Source: Azolla caroliniana (lineage: Eukaryota; Plantae; Polypodiophyta). Taken from it: a DNA stretch of 64,000 nucleotides. Positions 33,523 through 46,000 of the stretch are shown piece after piece; position 1 is the stretch's first letter; the number at the start of each line of letters is the position of its first letter. The notes below the pieces were generated by a model. It saw only the letters and a list, made by a program, of their open reading frames with translations, made no database searches and had not been told where the DNA came from. Where the stretch lies: positions 16,988,001-17,052,000 of the forward strand of contig JBHGNT010000009.1 of NCBI GenBank assembly GCA_043228905.1, read 5' to 3'. The position numbers and the translations under genes are program-made.

Positions 33523-36500
33523 ATGGAGGCAAACACATCAACAATGGTTGTTTTAAATGGCACGAATTATCAAAAATGGAAAGGAAAAATGAAAGATTTG
33601 CTTTTCGTTAAAAATATGCATTTACCAATATTCGCAAAGATTAAACCTGAAAAGAAAAATGATGAGGAATGGGATTTTGAAAATGAACAAGTATGTGGTT
33701 TCATTCGTCAATGGGTAGGAGATAATGTCTTGAATCATGTTGTGAATGAAACAAATGCAAAGACTTTGTGGAATAAATTAGAAACCTTATATGCTTCTAG
33801 AACCGGTAATAATAAGTTGTTTTTACTCAAACAAGCGATGCATTTGACTTATAAAGAAAATAAGTCGGTTTTAGATCATTTAAATGAATTTCAAGGATGT
33901 TTTGATCAATTGCCTAGCATGGGTATAAACTTTGAAGAAGAAGTTCTTTCTTTATGGTTGCTAAATACTCTTCCCAAGTCATGGGAAACATTTAGGGTTA
34001 CTCTAGCTAGTGCGGCTCCTAAGGGAGGTATGACAATGGAACTTGTGAAGAGTGGAATTCTAAATGAAGAAATGCGGCAAAGGACGCAAGGAGCAACATC
34101 AAACATGGAAGCCTTTGTTGCTGAAAATAGAGGAAGAAGCCAAAAGAGGAGTGATGACCGAAACAACAAAGGTAGAAGTAGAAGTAAGTCAAAGTCTAAA
34201 TATAAAGATTTAGTTTGTCATTTTTGTGGTAAGACAGGTCACATAAAGAAATATTGTTTCAAATGGAAGAAGGAAAATAAAGTGTCGAACTACATGAAAG
34301 ATAAGAAAGATGTGAATGACAATATCGATTCTGTTAATGTTGCTTCCTCTAATGATTTACTTGTTGTATGTACAAGTTACAATGAAGTTAACATAAGTAG
34401 CCATGAAACCACTTGGGTTCTTGATAGTGGTGCTTCCCACCATGTTACGTCTAGAAGGGATTTTTTCTCATCTTACACTCCAGGTGACTATGGTGTTGTG
34501 AAGATGGGGAATGATGGATTTGCAAAGGTAGTCGGCACAAGAACCATTTGCTTGCAAACCAACACGGGAGTCAAGTTGATTCTACATCAAGTACGACACG
34601 TGCCGGATATTAGATTGGATCTAATCTCCACAGGTACATTAGACGACGAGGGCTATAACCATGCGTCTCAAAATGTTGAAAATCAAGATGTTTCAAAATT
34701 GTGGCATAAGAGATTGTCCCATATTAGTGAAAAGGGACTTGACTTTCTAGCAAAAAAGAACGTCCTACCAGGTTTAAAAGATGTGAAGTTAGATACATGT
34801 GATCATTGTTTGGCAGGGAAGGCTAAGAGGGTTTCCTTTAAGCATTCTTCTCTTCGACAAAAAGGTATACTCGAGCTAGTGCATTCTGATGTGTGTGGAC
34901 CCTTGAAGGTAAGGTCAATGGGTGGAGCATTTTATTTTGTTACTTTCATTGATGATCATTCTAGGAAGCTTTGGGTTCGAATGTTGAAATCAAAAGATCA
35001 AGTTTTTAATGTTTTTAAAGAGTTTCACGTTTCTGTTGAGAGAGAGACAGGGAAGAAACTGAAATGTATTCGCAGCGATAATGTTGGCGAATACTGTGGA
35101 TCTTTTGATGCGTATTGTCGAGAGCAAGGTATCAAACATCAAAGAACCCCTCCTAAGACTCCCCAATTAAATGGTTTGGCCGAAAGAATGAATAGAACCC
35201 TAGTTGAAAGAGTTAGGTGCTTACTTTTAGATGCAAGGTTACCTAAATCATTTTGGGGTGAGGCTTTGAATACTATTGCACATATCATTAATCTATCTCC
35301 TACTACCGCATTGCAAGGTGATGTACCAAATAGAGTGTGGTATGGTAAAGATGTCTCTTATGATTACTTACATGTGTTTGGGTGTAAGTGTTTTGTACAT
35401 ATACCCAAGGATGAAAGATCAAAGTTAGATGCTAAATCTAAACAATGCATTTTTATTGGATATGGTCAAGATGATTTTGGTTATAGGTGTTACGATCCTG
35501 TGGGAAAGAAGCTTATTAGGAGTCGTGATGTAGTATTCATCGAAGACCAAACCATTGAGGACATTGACAAGGCGGAAAGGTCAAGTACCTCTTCAGATGG
35601 TGACCTAGTAGATATTGATCCAATTCCTATGATGGATGATGATACACAAGAGAGTGCCTCACAACAAGAGGAGCAACATGAGGATGTTGGTGAGCTGTTG
35701 ATTGTAAATGATGCTAGTAATGATGTTGTTTTGCCAGAGACAGGTCTTGAGCGGGGGGAGCAACTTCCATTACAAGAGGTGGCAAATCAACCTTTAAGGA
35801 GATCTACAAGAGAACGACGATCATCCACGAGGTATCCTAGTTCTGAATATGTTCTACTCACTAATGAAGGTGAACCGGAAAGTTTTCATGATGTGCAAAC
35901 TCTTAAAGACAAAGATAGTTGGGTAGAGGCCATGCATGAAGAAATTAATTCTTTGAAAAAGAACAACACATTTGAGCTAGTTGAACTTCCTAAGGGTAGG
36001 AGAGCTTTGAAAAATAAATGGGTGTTTAAGTTAAAAAGGGGTGATGATAACTTTATAAAATATAAAGCCCGTTTGGTGGTAAAAGGATATGGTCAAAAGA
36101 AAGGAATTGATTTTGACGAAATTTTCTCACTAGTTGTTAAATTAAGCTCAATACGAGTTGTGTTAGGTTTGGTAGCTAGTTTAAACCTTGAACTTGAACA
36201 ATTAGATGTGAAAACTGCTTTTTTACATGGTGACCTAGATGAGGAAATATACATGGAACAACCGGAGGGTTTTAAAGAGAAAGGGAAAGAACATTTGGTA
36301 TGTAGGTTGAAAAAGAGTCTCTATGGCCTAAAACAAGCACCGCGCCAATGGTATAAAAAGTTTGATTCTTTTATGGTGAATCAAGGTTATAAAAGAACTA
36401 ATGCGAACCATTGTGTGTATGTTAAACAATTTGAGGATGGTAATTTTATTATACTTCTTTTGTATGTTGATGATATGCTAATTGTTGGGCAAGACCTAAA

Positions 36501-37408
36501 TATGATTAATAGGTTAAAAGTGGAGTTATCTAAAACTTTTGACATGAAAGATTTAGGGCCTTCTAAGCACATTTTAGGTATGCAAATAACTCGTGATAGA
36601 GAATCAAAGAAATTGTGGCTTTCACAAGAAACATACATAGAAAGAATCCTCGAAAGGTTCAACATGCAATATTCGAAACCAGTAAGTACTCCTCTTGCCA
36701 CTCACTTTAAATTGAGTAGGAAATGTTGTCCAATTACCGAGGAGGAAAGAGATGAGATGTCATCAATTCCCTATGCCTCGGCGGTTGGATCTTTAATGTA
36801 TGCTATGGTTAGCACACGACCAGATATTGCACATGCAGTTGGTACAGTGAGTAGGTATCTCTCTAACCCTGGTAAATCTCATTGGAAGGCTGTAAAATGG
36901 ATTTTACGGTATTTGAGAGGTACATCTAAGTTCTAAACCAATTCTTGAAGGCTTTACAAATGCGGACATGGCTGGAGATCTTGATGGTAGGAAATCTACA
37001 TCCGGTTTCTTATTTACTTTTGCAGGGGGAGCTATATCATGGCAATCCAAATTGCAAAAGTGTGTTGCCTTGTCCACTACAGAAGCTAAATACATTGCAG
37101 CAACTGAGGCTGGCAAAGAAATGCTTTGGATGAAAAGGTTTCTTTTAGAATTGGGTTTGAGCCAATTAACTTATGTGGTTTTTTGTGACAGTCAAAGTGC
37201 AATGGACCTAAGCAAGAACTCAATGTATCACTCACGGACAAAACACATCGATGTAAGGTATCATTGGTTACGATTGGCGATCGAGGAGCAAATGTTGCAA
37301 CTAGATAAAGTTCATACTGATGACAACGTTGCTGACATGCTAACAAAGGTGGTTCCAAGGGAGAAGCTTGAGCTATGTGCCAAGCTTGCCGGAATGGAGA
37401 TAAATTGA
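33523..37408 (+). pseudogene. Copia polyprotein: 1137-aa ORF plus frameshifted RNase H
   Basis: CHFCGKTGHIKKYC, LDSGASHH, HSDVCGP, QLDVKTAFLHGDL, YVDDML; a short deletion/frameshift at about 36930 separates the RNase H (36968-37408). Confidence 0.92.
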
Positions 37409-40400
37409 TACACAAGCAATTCTCTCCTTGTGTGTGCGGAGGGGGAGATTGTTAATGTATCCGGTCACTATTTTGTCTTTTCTTTTTTAATAATATTTAT
37501 TATTATTATTATTAGATAGTAATATAAAAGAAAACGAAAGTTTTGTTTCTTTAGTAATTATTACCCTTACTTTATTTCTTTAAAAGGGTAAATGTAAGTT
37601 ACGTTTTTTAGTGAGTAAAGAAAGAAAAGAATAATAATAATAATAATAATAATAAAGAGGAAAACAAAACAAAACGACCGTTTTTGTTTTTGAGAGAGAC
37701 AAAGAGAAGAGAGGGTGGAAAGGAGATATATATATATATATGGGAAGAGGTGAGAAAGAGAGAGGTATGAGGAGTGTGAAGCATAGTGAAGCTTGGTGAA
37801 GCTTGGAGAAGCTTGGTGAAGCTTGGTGCTCAACTCATCTACTCTCAATCTCCTTTCCATCTCCACTACTCAACGTGAGATCTACACGGCTACTACTTCG
37901 ACTTGTGGACATTCTTATCCGGGTTTTCTTCTCTCTTCTTTTCTCTTATATGCTTGAGAGATAATCTTATCCCTTTGGATTATTGTACCATCTTTGTCGG
38001 TAGTACTATGCTACATATCTCTACTTATTTCTAGTATATCTAGAAGTAGAATTTGTACTTGTTGTATCTCTTTGGCGATAGTGGATTGGTTTTGGACTTT
38101 TGTCCCGTGGTTGTTTCCCTCATTGAGGGTTTTTCCACGTTAAATCTTGTGTAATCTTTGTTGTGTCATTGTGTGTGTTTCTTGTGTTTCTTTTTCATTA
38201 TAATCGAGCATAAAACGTGACGCGTGTTACACTCCTACGTGTCTATACCTCATCAGTATGCTGGCGATGGCGAACTTGGGCTCTTTGGTAGGATGGAGAG
38301 GAAGGTGAGTGAGGGGAGCGATGAGAGTTAGAAGGTTGGTTTCTGTATTGTGCAGAAAACCTTCTATTTTCTTCTTTTTGTGGCCTAGGGTTCATTGGTC
38401 TGTGAGCCATTGTGGTGCCGCGTGTTCTTGCTCTAGAAGTTTTTGCATGCATAAAGTCCTTTTAATAGCGTCGCTATCTTCTTCTTCTTCTTTTTCCTTT
38501 TTTTCTTATTTTTTTTACGTAATGGTTACATACCATATTCTTTTTACACTATAGTACAAGCAAGGCCCTATATTTACTCCGCGGATTCGCCGGCGGGGAA
38601 CGGGTTAAGTGGCGTCGGCCCCAGGTAGGGTTTTAAGAAAAACCCATTCACCTTTTGTCGGAGCACCTCTCCAGCCAAGGTGCCAAGTTGAAACGTGTCA
38701 TTTTCTGCTCCAACTATCCAGTACGGGCCTATCCAACATAATCTTAATTTTCATGGCATTTGGCGCATGCGTGTTTGAAAAACTAATATCGCCCTCCCGA
38801 CCGTAAAATCCTTTTCACGTGCATGCCAATGTCGGTCCACGAATTCTTTGTGCCGCCTTTGTTCTTGTTCCAATATGGCCATACTACATACCCGGGTTTC
38901 ACCTAGTTCTAGCAATTGTTGTAGTCGTACTTGTTCGGATTTGCCCTCTGGTAGTCGGTCTCGTACTTGAATCCGCAAACTGGATACCTGGAATTCGACT
39001 GGCATTATGGGCTCCAGTCCAAATGCTAGCCTGAAAGGTGTGGATTGTATGTTGGTCTTATAGTTGGTTCAATATGCCCATAACGCATTGTGCAATTTGG
39101 TATCCCAATTTGTTCTGTTCTCATTGACTATCTTTTTGAGGATAGTTTGTAATGTTTTGTTCGTGGATTCGGCCAAGCCATTTACTTGTGGGTAATACGG
39201 CGTACTCTTTTTGTGAACCACCGCGTAGTGTTGGGTCTATTCGCTGATGACCGTATTCAGAAAGTGACTCTCTTGGTCACTAATGAGCTCGATAGGGCAG
39301 CCAAAACGACACTAGATATGTTCGTAAAGGAATTTCGTCATGACTGCCGCAGTATTTTCGCATAGTGGTTTCGCTTCTACCCACTTGGTGCAGTAATTCG
39401 TATCCACTAGGATATACTTATTGCCTATTCGAGCAGCCACCAGGGTGAAGGGTTCTACAAAATCTAGCCCCCACTTTTGGAAACGATCTAACGGCAACAC
39501 TGGTTGATGTGGCATTCTCACAACTTCCATGGGCTAGCCCATCCGTTGGCATAAATCTCACTGTTTGCAATATTCCTATGCATCCTTTTGCGTAGTCGGC
39601 CACCAGAGTCCAGCTTGCCACATTTTCCGGGCCGTAACATCGCCCGCGTAGTGTCCTCTCGCCGTACCACAGTGGGCTTCGCGTAACACCGCTGCCTTCT
39701 CATCTTGCTGTATTCCGCGCCTCTAGATGTCGTCACTGCTTTTGTGATATAGGATGTCTTCGACTAAACAAAAATTATGACTCCATACGGCCAACCGTTT
39801 TTTCTCATCCATCCTTAATTGGGGTGGCGGTAACCCTGTGGTTAGAAAGTAAGTCATTTCCATCAACCACCGATCTAGAAAAGTCTTTTCTGTTCTTGCT
39901 ACTAAAGTTGTTATACGTAGAATGTCTGCATCCGAAAAGTCGTCATCATCTGCTGGAATTTATTGATGTTGTATATCATACCCATTGCTTCATGTTCCGT
40001 TGTGGAGTAGTTACGCTGAGTCATTGATAGTTTCCGACTAGCGTAGTACACTAGTCGGTACCAATTCGGTTTCGTGAGCTGCATCAACGCACTACCTATT
40101 GCTATATCTGAGGCATCCACAAACACGTGTAATGGTTTCGCCCAAACTTGTGGCTATACGATTGGTGCCTGCGTTAGCATTAGTTTTAGCACATCATACG
40201 CCTTCTCTTCCGTTGTTGTACATTTGAAAGCAGTACAGTGAACGGCGGCATGTAATGGTCTCGCGAAATCCGCCAAATAACGTATCATCCGGCTGTGCCA
40301 TCGTATTTGTCCCAAAAACCAATTGAATGCTTTCGTGTTTCTTGGTGTTTTTGCGTGAGTAATCGCGGAGATTTTGTTCGGATCGACCGATATCCCCTCC

Positions 40401-41678
40401 TTACTGAATAGGTGGCCGAGGAGGGCCCCACTGGTGACACCGAAGGTGCATTTGGTGGGATTCAAGCTTAAGCGTGCAGTTTGGCAACGCTCCAAGAAAA
40501 GCTGCAAATGCGTAAAAAGTTTGGTTGCTGTCTCATATACCGCAAAATCATCTAAAAAGACTTGCATGAAGGCAGGTAAATATTCCCCCAAAATCTCTAT
40601 GATTGTCCGTTGAAATGTAGCCGGCGCCGTCTTTATTCCCCCCAGTCCGTGATAAACGCCATCTTCTCTTGGTCATCGGGGTGCATTCGTACTTGATTGT
40701 ACCCACTGATGCCATCTAGAAAGTTGTACATGTCATGCCCTGTGACGACATCCAGTACGCAGTCAATTTCCAGTAGTCTACGCACACACGTATTTTGCCA
40801 TTTTTCTTTGGTACGACTACTATTGGGCTTAGCCATGTAGCTTGTTTGACTAGTCAAATGAATCCGGCCTTGAGGAGTTTGTCAATTTCCTCTTTGACAC
40901 GAGCCACGTAATTTGGGTTCACGCAGTATTGACGTTGCTGGACTGGTTTCACATCGGTCGCTAAATTAATCTTATGTTGATAGAACTTCGGATGTAATCA
41001 CTTCATGTCCTCGTGGGACCAAGCGAACACATCTTTATACTTCCTAAGTAGTGCTATCATCGCCTCTCTCTGATCCAACTGTAATTCTTTTGCGATGGAG
41101 AGGAATTGAGGGTCTGACGCCATACCTACGTTTACTTCTTCTAGGACTGAGGCAGCGACTCGTCTTGAAATTTCCATTTCCCTCTCAAACGCCACCCGTG
41201 CTCTGTTTAATTCTAATATGGACTCTGGGTCTTGTTCGTAAGCCTCATCGTGGAGCGTAGTGGGCGTGGCGTACTCCGTCGCGGTTTCTAGGACGTCGAT
41301 TTCGAATAACGGAATGATTCGGGGGTGCTCGTCGAGGTATACTTCTAATTTTGTATCATCCACCCTAGCTAGCATATTTATATCTTCCGCATATAACGGT
41401 TGTGCTGCCCTTTCCTCTGTGGGTACGTGAACCTTCGTGCGTCCGCGTCCAAAACTGATGCACTTATGTTGCCAGCTCTGTTTGATATTCACTGAACAAA
41501 ACCAAGGTCTGCCAAGTAGCATAGGGTAAGCTTTTGGGCCGTCGAGGGCGAGGACTACCGCTGAGAAGTCGAAGCGATGTCCGCCAATGATAATGCCTAA
41601 TTTTCGTATTAAGCCTAAAGGCCTTACTCAGCGGGTATCCGCCATGCGAAGCCAAAATGGGCAAGCTCCTCATCAAAC

Positions 41679-41751
41679 GCGGTGATAGCTTAGTTGGGAA
41701 AGCGTCAGATTGAAGATCTGAAGGTCATGTGTTCGATCCACGTTCGTTGCA
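41679..41751 (+). pseudogene. Degenerate tRNA-Phe(GAA)
   Basis: Several transitions; 3' end TCGTTGCA. Confidence 0.75.
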
Positions 41752-42575
41752 AAAAAGATGTCACGAAAAACTTGAGATATGATTTTGCTGCACATCCAGC
41801 ACAAAGAAACCATCAAATACCCAGATAGCTATTCTTTGAGACTGGCACAGTAGATGTTTGAACATCACATGTTCAATCCACAATCCTCGTAGGTATGTCG
41901 CGAACAACTAGATATAAGATTTAGGTCTACGTGAACGAAAAGAGAAAATTCAAATCCGCGGATAGTTGAGTTCACAGAGTGTCAAATTGAGGACTTGATT
42001 CGCATATGTTGGATCTATGTTCAGGATACAATATATGTCGTGAACCACCTGAGATATCGATTCATGCTCGACCGATAGAAAATGTCGTAAACTATTAAAT
42101 TCACCGCAACAATGCGATCTAGTGGGGAAATAGTTCACAAAACAAAATATGTACCGAACCACTTGAGATATGACGTTAATCCCTAGTTACTGCAAGAGTA
42201 TAATCAAATGTGGGTAGACCGTCATAATAAAAATCTCAGGGTCACGTCCTCAATCCAATTTTATTATAGAAAATATATTGCCAAACACTCGAGATATAAT
42301 TTTCAACTATATCCACCACAAGAGTACGATGAGATGTTGGGATAGTTGAATTGGGACATCATTCCATTGAAGACATCAAGGTCACATGATCGATCCACGT
42401 TCATCGCACAAAATATGTCGCGAACCACTTGAGCCATCATGTGGAACTATAGTTACCATAGAAGAATAATGAAATGTGGGAAGATAGTCAAGTTCATGAA
42501 ATAAAGGTCGTATGTTGAATTCACGTTCACCTTATATCAGGTTGATTTATATTCCCCATAGAAGTGGCATCAAGC

Positions 42576-42648
42576 GCGTTGATAGCTTAGTTGGGAGAGC
42601 GTCAGATTGAAGATTTGAAGGTCACGTGTTCGATCCACGTTCGTTGCA
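42576..42648 (+). pseudogene. Degenerate tRNA-Phe(GAA)
   Basis: Shares the TCGTTGCA 3' end and GCTTAG with the copy at 41679. Confidence 0.75.
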
Positions 42649-43080
42649 AAAAAGATGTCACTGAAAACTTGAGATATGATTTGGTTGCACATCCAGCGCA
42701 AAGAAACCATCAAATACCCGTATAGCTACTCTTTGAGACTGGCACAATAGATATTTGAACGTCACATGTTCAATCCACGTTCCTCATAGGTATGTCATGA
42801 ACAACTAGAGATAAGATTTAGATCTACGTGAACGAAAAGAGAAAATTCAAATCCGCGGATACTTGAGTTCACAGAGTGTCAAATTGAGGACTTGATTCGC
42901 AGATGTTGGATCTATGTTCAGGATACAATATATGGCGTGAACCACTTGAGATATCGATTCATGCTCAACCGATAGAAAATGTCATAAACTATTAAATTCA
43001 CCGCAACAATGCGATCAAGTGCGGAAATAGTTCACAAAACAAAATATGTACCGAACCACTTGAGATATGACGTTAATCCC

Positions 43081-46000
43081 TAATAGGAATACGGTTTCCT
43101 AAGCTATGCTCGGCCACAACCGAGACGTTGGATGAATCACAGAAAACAAGAATGTGGTGAGATGTATCTACACACGAAACAGTAAAGAAGAGAGTGCACT
43201 GGATGTTAACGTGGAAAACCCAAATCTGGGAAAAACCACGGCAGCCCTTAGACTGCAAAATATCACTATATCAAGATTAGAATAATGGGGCACAGAGGCA
43301 ACAACCTCTTGCTCCCTCGCTTCGCCACCAGGTGGTTACAACAGAGGCAACGACCTCTTCCTCTCTCTCTCTCTCTCTCTCTGTGTGTGTACACAGTTGC
43401 GCTCTGAATTATCGCCACAACGATAATAATACAACCAACTCTACATCATACTATTACGTTTGCCCTAGGTCATATTTATACTAATATGACTTTCATGTTA
43501 TTTACAAATATAGCCCCAGTGGGCTCTCTGGAACATATTTACATATATGTCCCTTCCATCCAATGAGAGGTTCTCATCGGGCCTGCAACATCCGGTTCTC
43601 ACCGGGTCTTCCGTTGCCGGGTACTCCACATCCGGTTCTCACCGGGTCTTCCGTTGCTAGGTATGCCACATCCGGTTTCGGCCTCGGCCGAGGTACTCAT
43701 CAACGCTATTCTTCTCACTTCCCATCCGTAGGGACCTGTTTCCTAACAAACTCCCCCTTCACTCCGGCATGGGATGTCTTACTAGTCCGATCCGCTTCCG
43801 ACATGCATCCAGCTTGTTGGGTATCAGTACTTTAGTTAGCATATCTAACCCGTTCTGGGCTGTGTGGATCTTCGTTAGCGCGAACTCTCGATCTTCTACT
43901 CACTCCCGAATCCAGTGATACCTACGGTAGATGTGCTTCGTCCTGGAATGGTACGCTACGTTCTTAGCAAGGTGGATGACACTTTGACTGTTGCAATAGA
44001 GCCAATATTCTTCTTGCCGAATACCGAGCTCTCCGATGAAGTCCTTCACCCATAATATTTCCTTGCCAGCTTCAACAACCTCCATGTACTCCACCTCCGT
44101 GGTTGACAATGCAACCGTCTTTTGTAGCCTCGACTACAATGAAACAGCTCCCCCTGCATATGTCATTACATACCCGGATGTAGACCGACTGGTATCCACA
44201 TCAGCCGACATGTCCGAATTGGTAAAACCGTCAAGTTGAGGTTTACCGGAGCCGAATTGGCGACACATATTCGAAGTGCCCTTCAAGTACCGGAGTATCC
44301 ATTTGACCACGTTCCAGTGCTCCTTGCAGGGATTGCTCATAAACCGGCTCACCACTCCGACTGCGAATCCAATATCTGGCCGAGCACACACCATTGCGTA
44401 CATCAAGCTCCCGACGGTAGAGGCATATGGAACCTTCACCATATCCGCTTTCTCTACTTTCGTCTTCGGGCTTTGCTTACCGGATAGTCTACTGTTTTCC
44501 GGGAGTGTCAATCCGACCGGTTTTGATTCTAACATGTTGAACCGCTGAAGCACCTTTGTCACGTATTTCTCCTACGACAGCCACAATTGCTTCTTTGACC
44601 GGTCCCGGATAATGTGCATCCCCAGTATCTGTCGTGCCGGGCCCAAGTTTTTCATTGAGAATGTTCGGCAGAGGCATATGGAACCTTCACCATATCCGCC
44701 TTCTCTACTTTCGTCTTCGGGCTTTGCTTACCGGATAGTCTACAGTTTTCTGGTAGTGTCAATCCGACCGGTTTTGCTTCTAACATGTTGAACCGCTCAA
44801 GCACCTTTGTCACATATTTCTCCTACGACAGCCACAATTGCTTCTTTGACCGGTCCCTGATGATGTGCATCCCCAGTATCTGTCGTGCCGGGCCCAAGTT
44901 TTTCATTCAGAATGTTCGGCAGAGGCATATGGAACCTTCACCATATCTGCCTTCTCTACTTTCGTCTTCGGGCTTTGCTTACCGGATAGTCTACAGTTTT
45001 CCGGGAGTGTCAATCCGACTGGTTTTGCTTCTAACATGTTGAACCGCTGAAGCACCTTTGTCACGTATTTCTCCTGCGACAACCACAATTGCTTCTTTGA
45101 CCGGTCCCGGATGATGTGCATCCCCAGTATCTGTCGTGCCGGGCCCAAGTTTTTCATTAAAAATGTTCGGCAGAGGCATATGGAACCTTCACCATATCCG
45201 CCTTCTCTACTTTCGTCTTCGGGCTTTGCTTACCGGATAGTCTAAAGTTTTCCGGGAGTGTCAATCCGACCGGTTTTGCTTCTAACATGTTGAACCGCTC
45301 AAGCACCTTTGTCACGTATTTCTCCTACAACAGCCACAATTGCTTCTTTGACCGGTCCCGGATGATGTGCATCCCCAGTATCTGTCGTGCCGGGCCCAAG
45401 TTTTTCATTGAGAATGTTTGGCAGAGGCATATGGAACCTTCACCATATCTGCCTTCTCTACTTTCGTCTTCGGGCTTTGCTTACCGGATAGTCTACAGTT
45501 TTCCGGGAGTGTCAATCTGACCGGTTTTGCTTCTAACATGTTGAACCGCTGAAGCACCTTTGTCACGTATTTCTCCTACGACAGCCACAATTGCTTCTTT
45601 GACCGGTCCCGGATGATGTGCATCCCCAGTATCTGTCGTGTCGGGCCCAAGTTTTTCATTGAGAATGTTCGGCAGAGGCATATGGAACCTTCACCATATC
45701 TGCCTTCTCTACTTTCGTCTTCGGGCTTTGCTTACCGGATAGTCTACAGTTTTCCGGGAGTGTCAATCCGACCGGTTTTGCTTCTAACATGTTGAACTGC
45801 TGAAGCACCTTTGTCACGTATTTCTCCTACGACAGCCACAATTGCTTCTTTGACCGGTCCCGGATGATGTGCATCCCCAATATCTGTCGTGCCGGGCCCA
45901 AGTCTTTCATTGAGAATGTTCGGTTGAGAGCCTTCTTCAGCATCCGTATTTTGGCTTGGTCCCGTCCGACGATCAACATGTCGTCCACGTACAGAAGGAG

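Larger units (their letters stand above)
32656..38255 (+). mobile_element. Ty1/Copia element, Tnt1/Tork-like, young and nearly intact
   Basis: TSD GTATG; LTRs 32656-33478 and 37450-38255 differ mainly in repeat copy number; PBS TGGTATCAGAGC at 33481; PPT GGAGGGGGAGA. Confidence 0.95.
30635..41670 (-). mobile_element. Degenerate non-chromovirus (Athila/Tat-like) Gypsy fragment with an extra 3' ORF region; no LTRs left
   Basis: pol remnants 38751-41670 ([45 protein letters not shown]), then same-strand extra ORFs from 38452 down to 30641; split by a Copia insertion. Confidence 0.8.
41671..43080 (+). repeat. tRNA-Phe-derived higher-order satellite, block 3 (one full 897-bp HOR plus a partial)
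   Basis: Monomers start at 41679, 41819, 41956, 42084, 42210, 42336 and 42476; the next A starts at 42576. Confidence 0.92.

Noticed and set aside
33523-36936. Fully functional autonomous Copia
   Set aside because: RNase H is frameshifted off at about 36930, and the segment between protease and the pre-integrase region looks shortened relative to the paralogue at 47151-48032.
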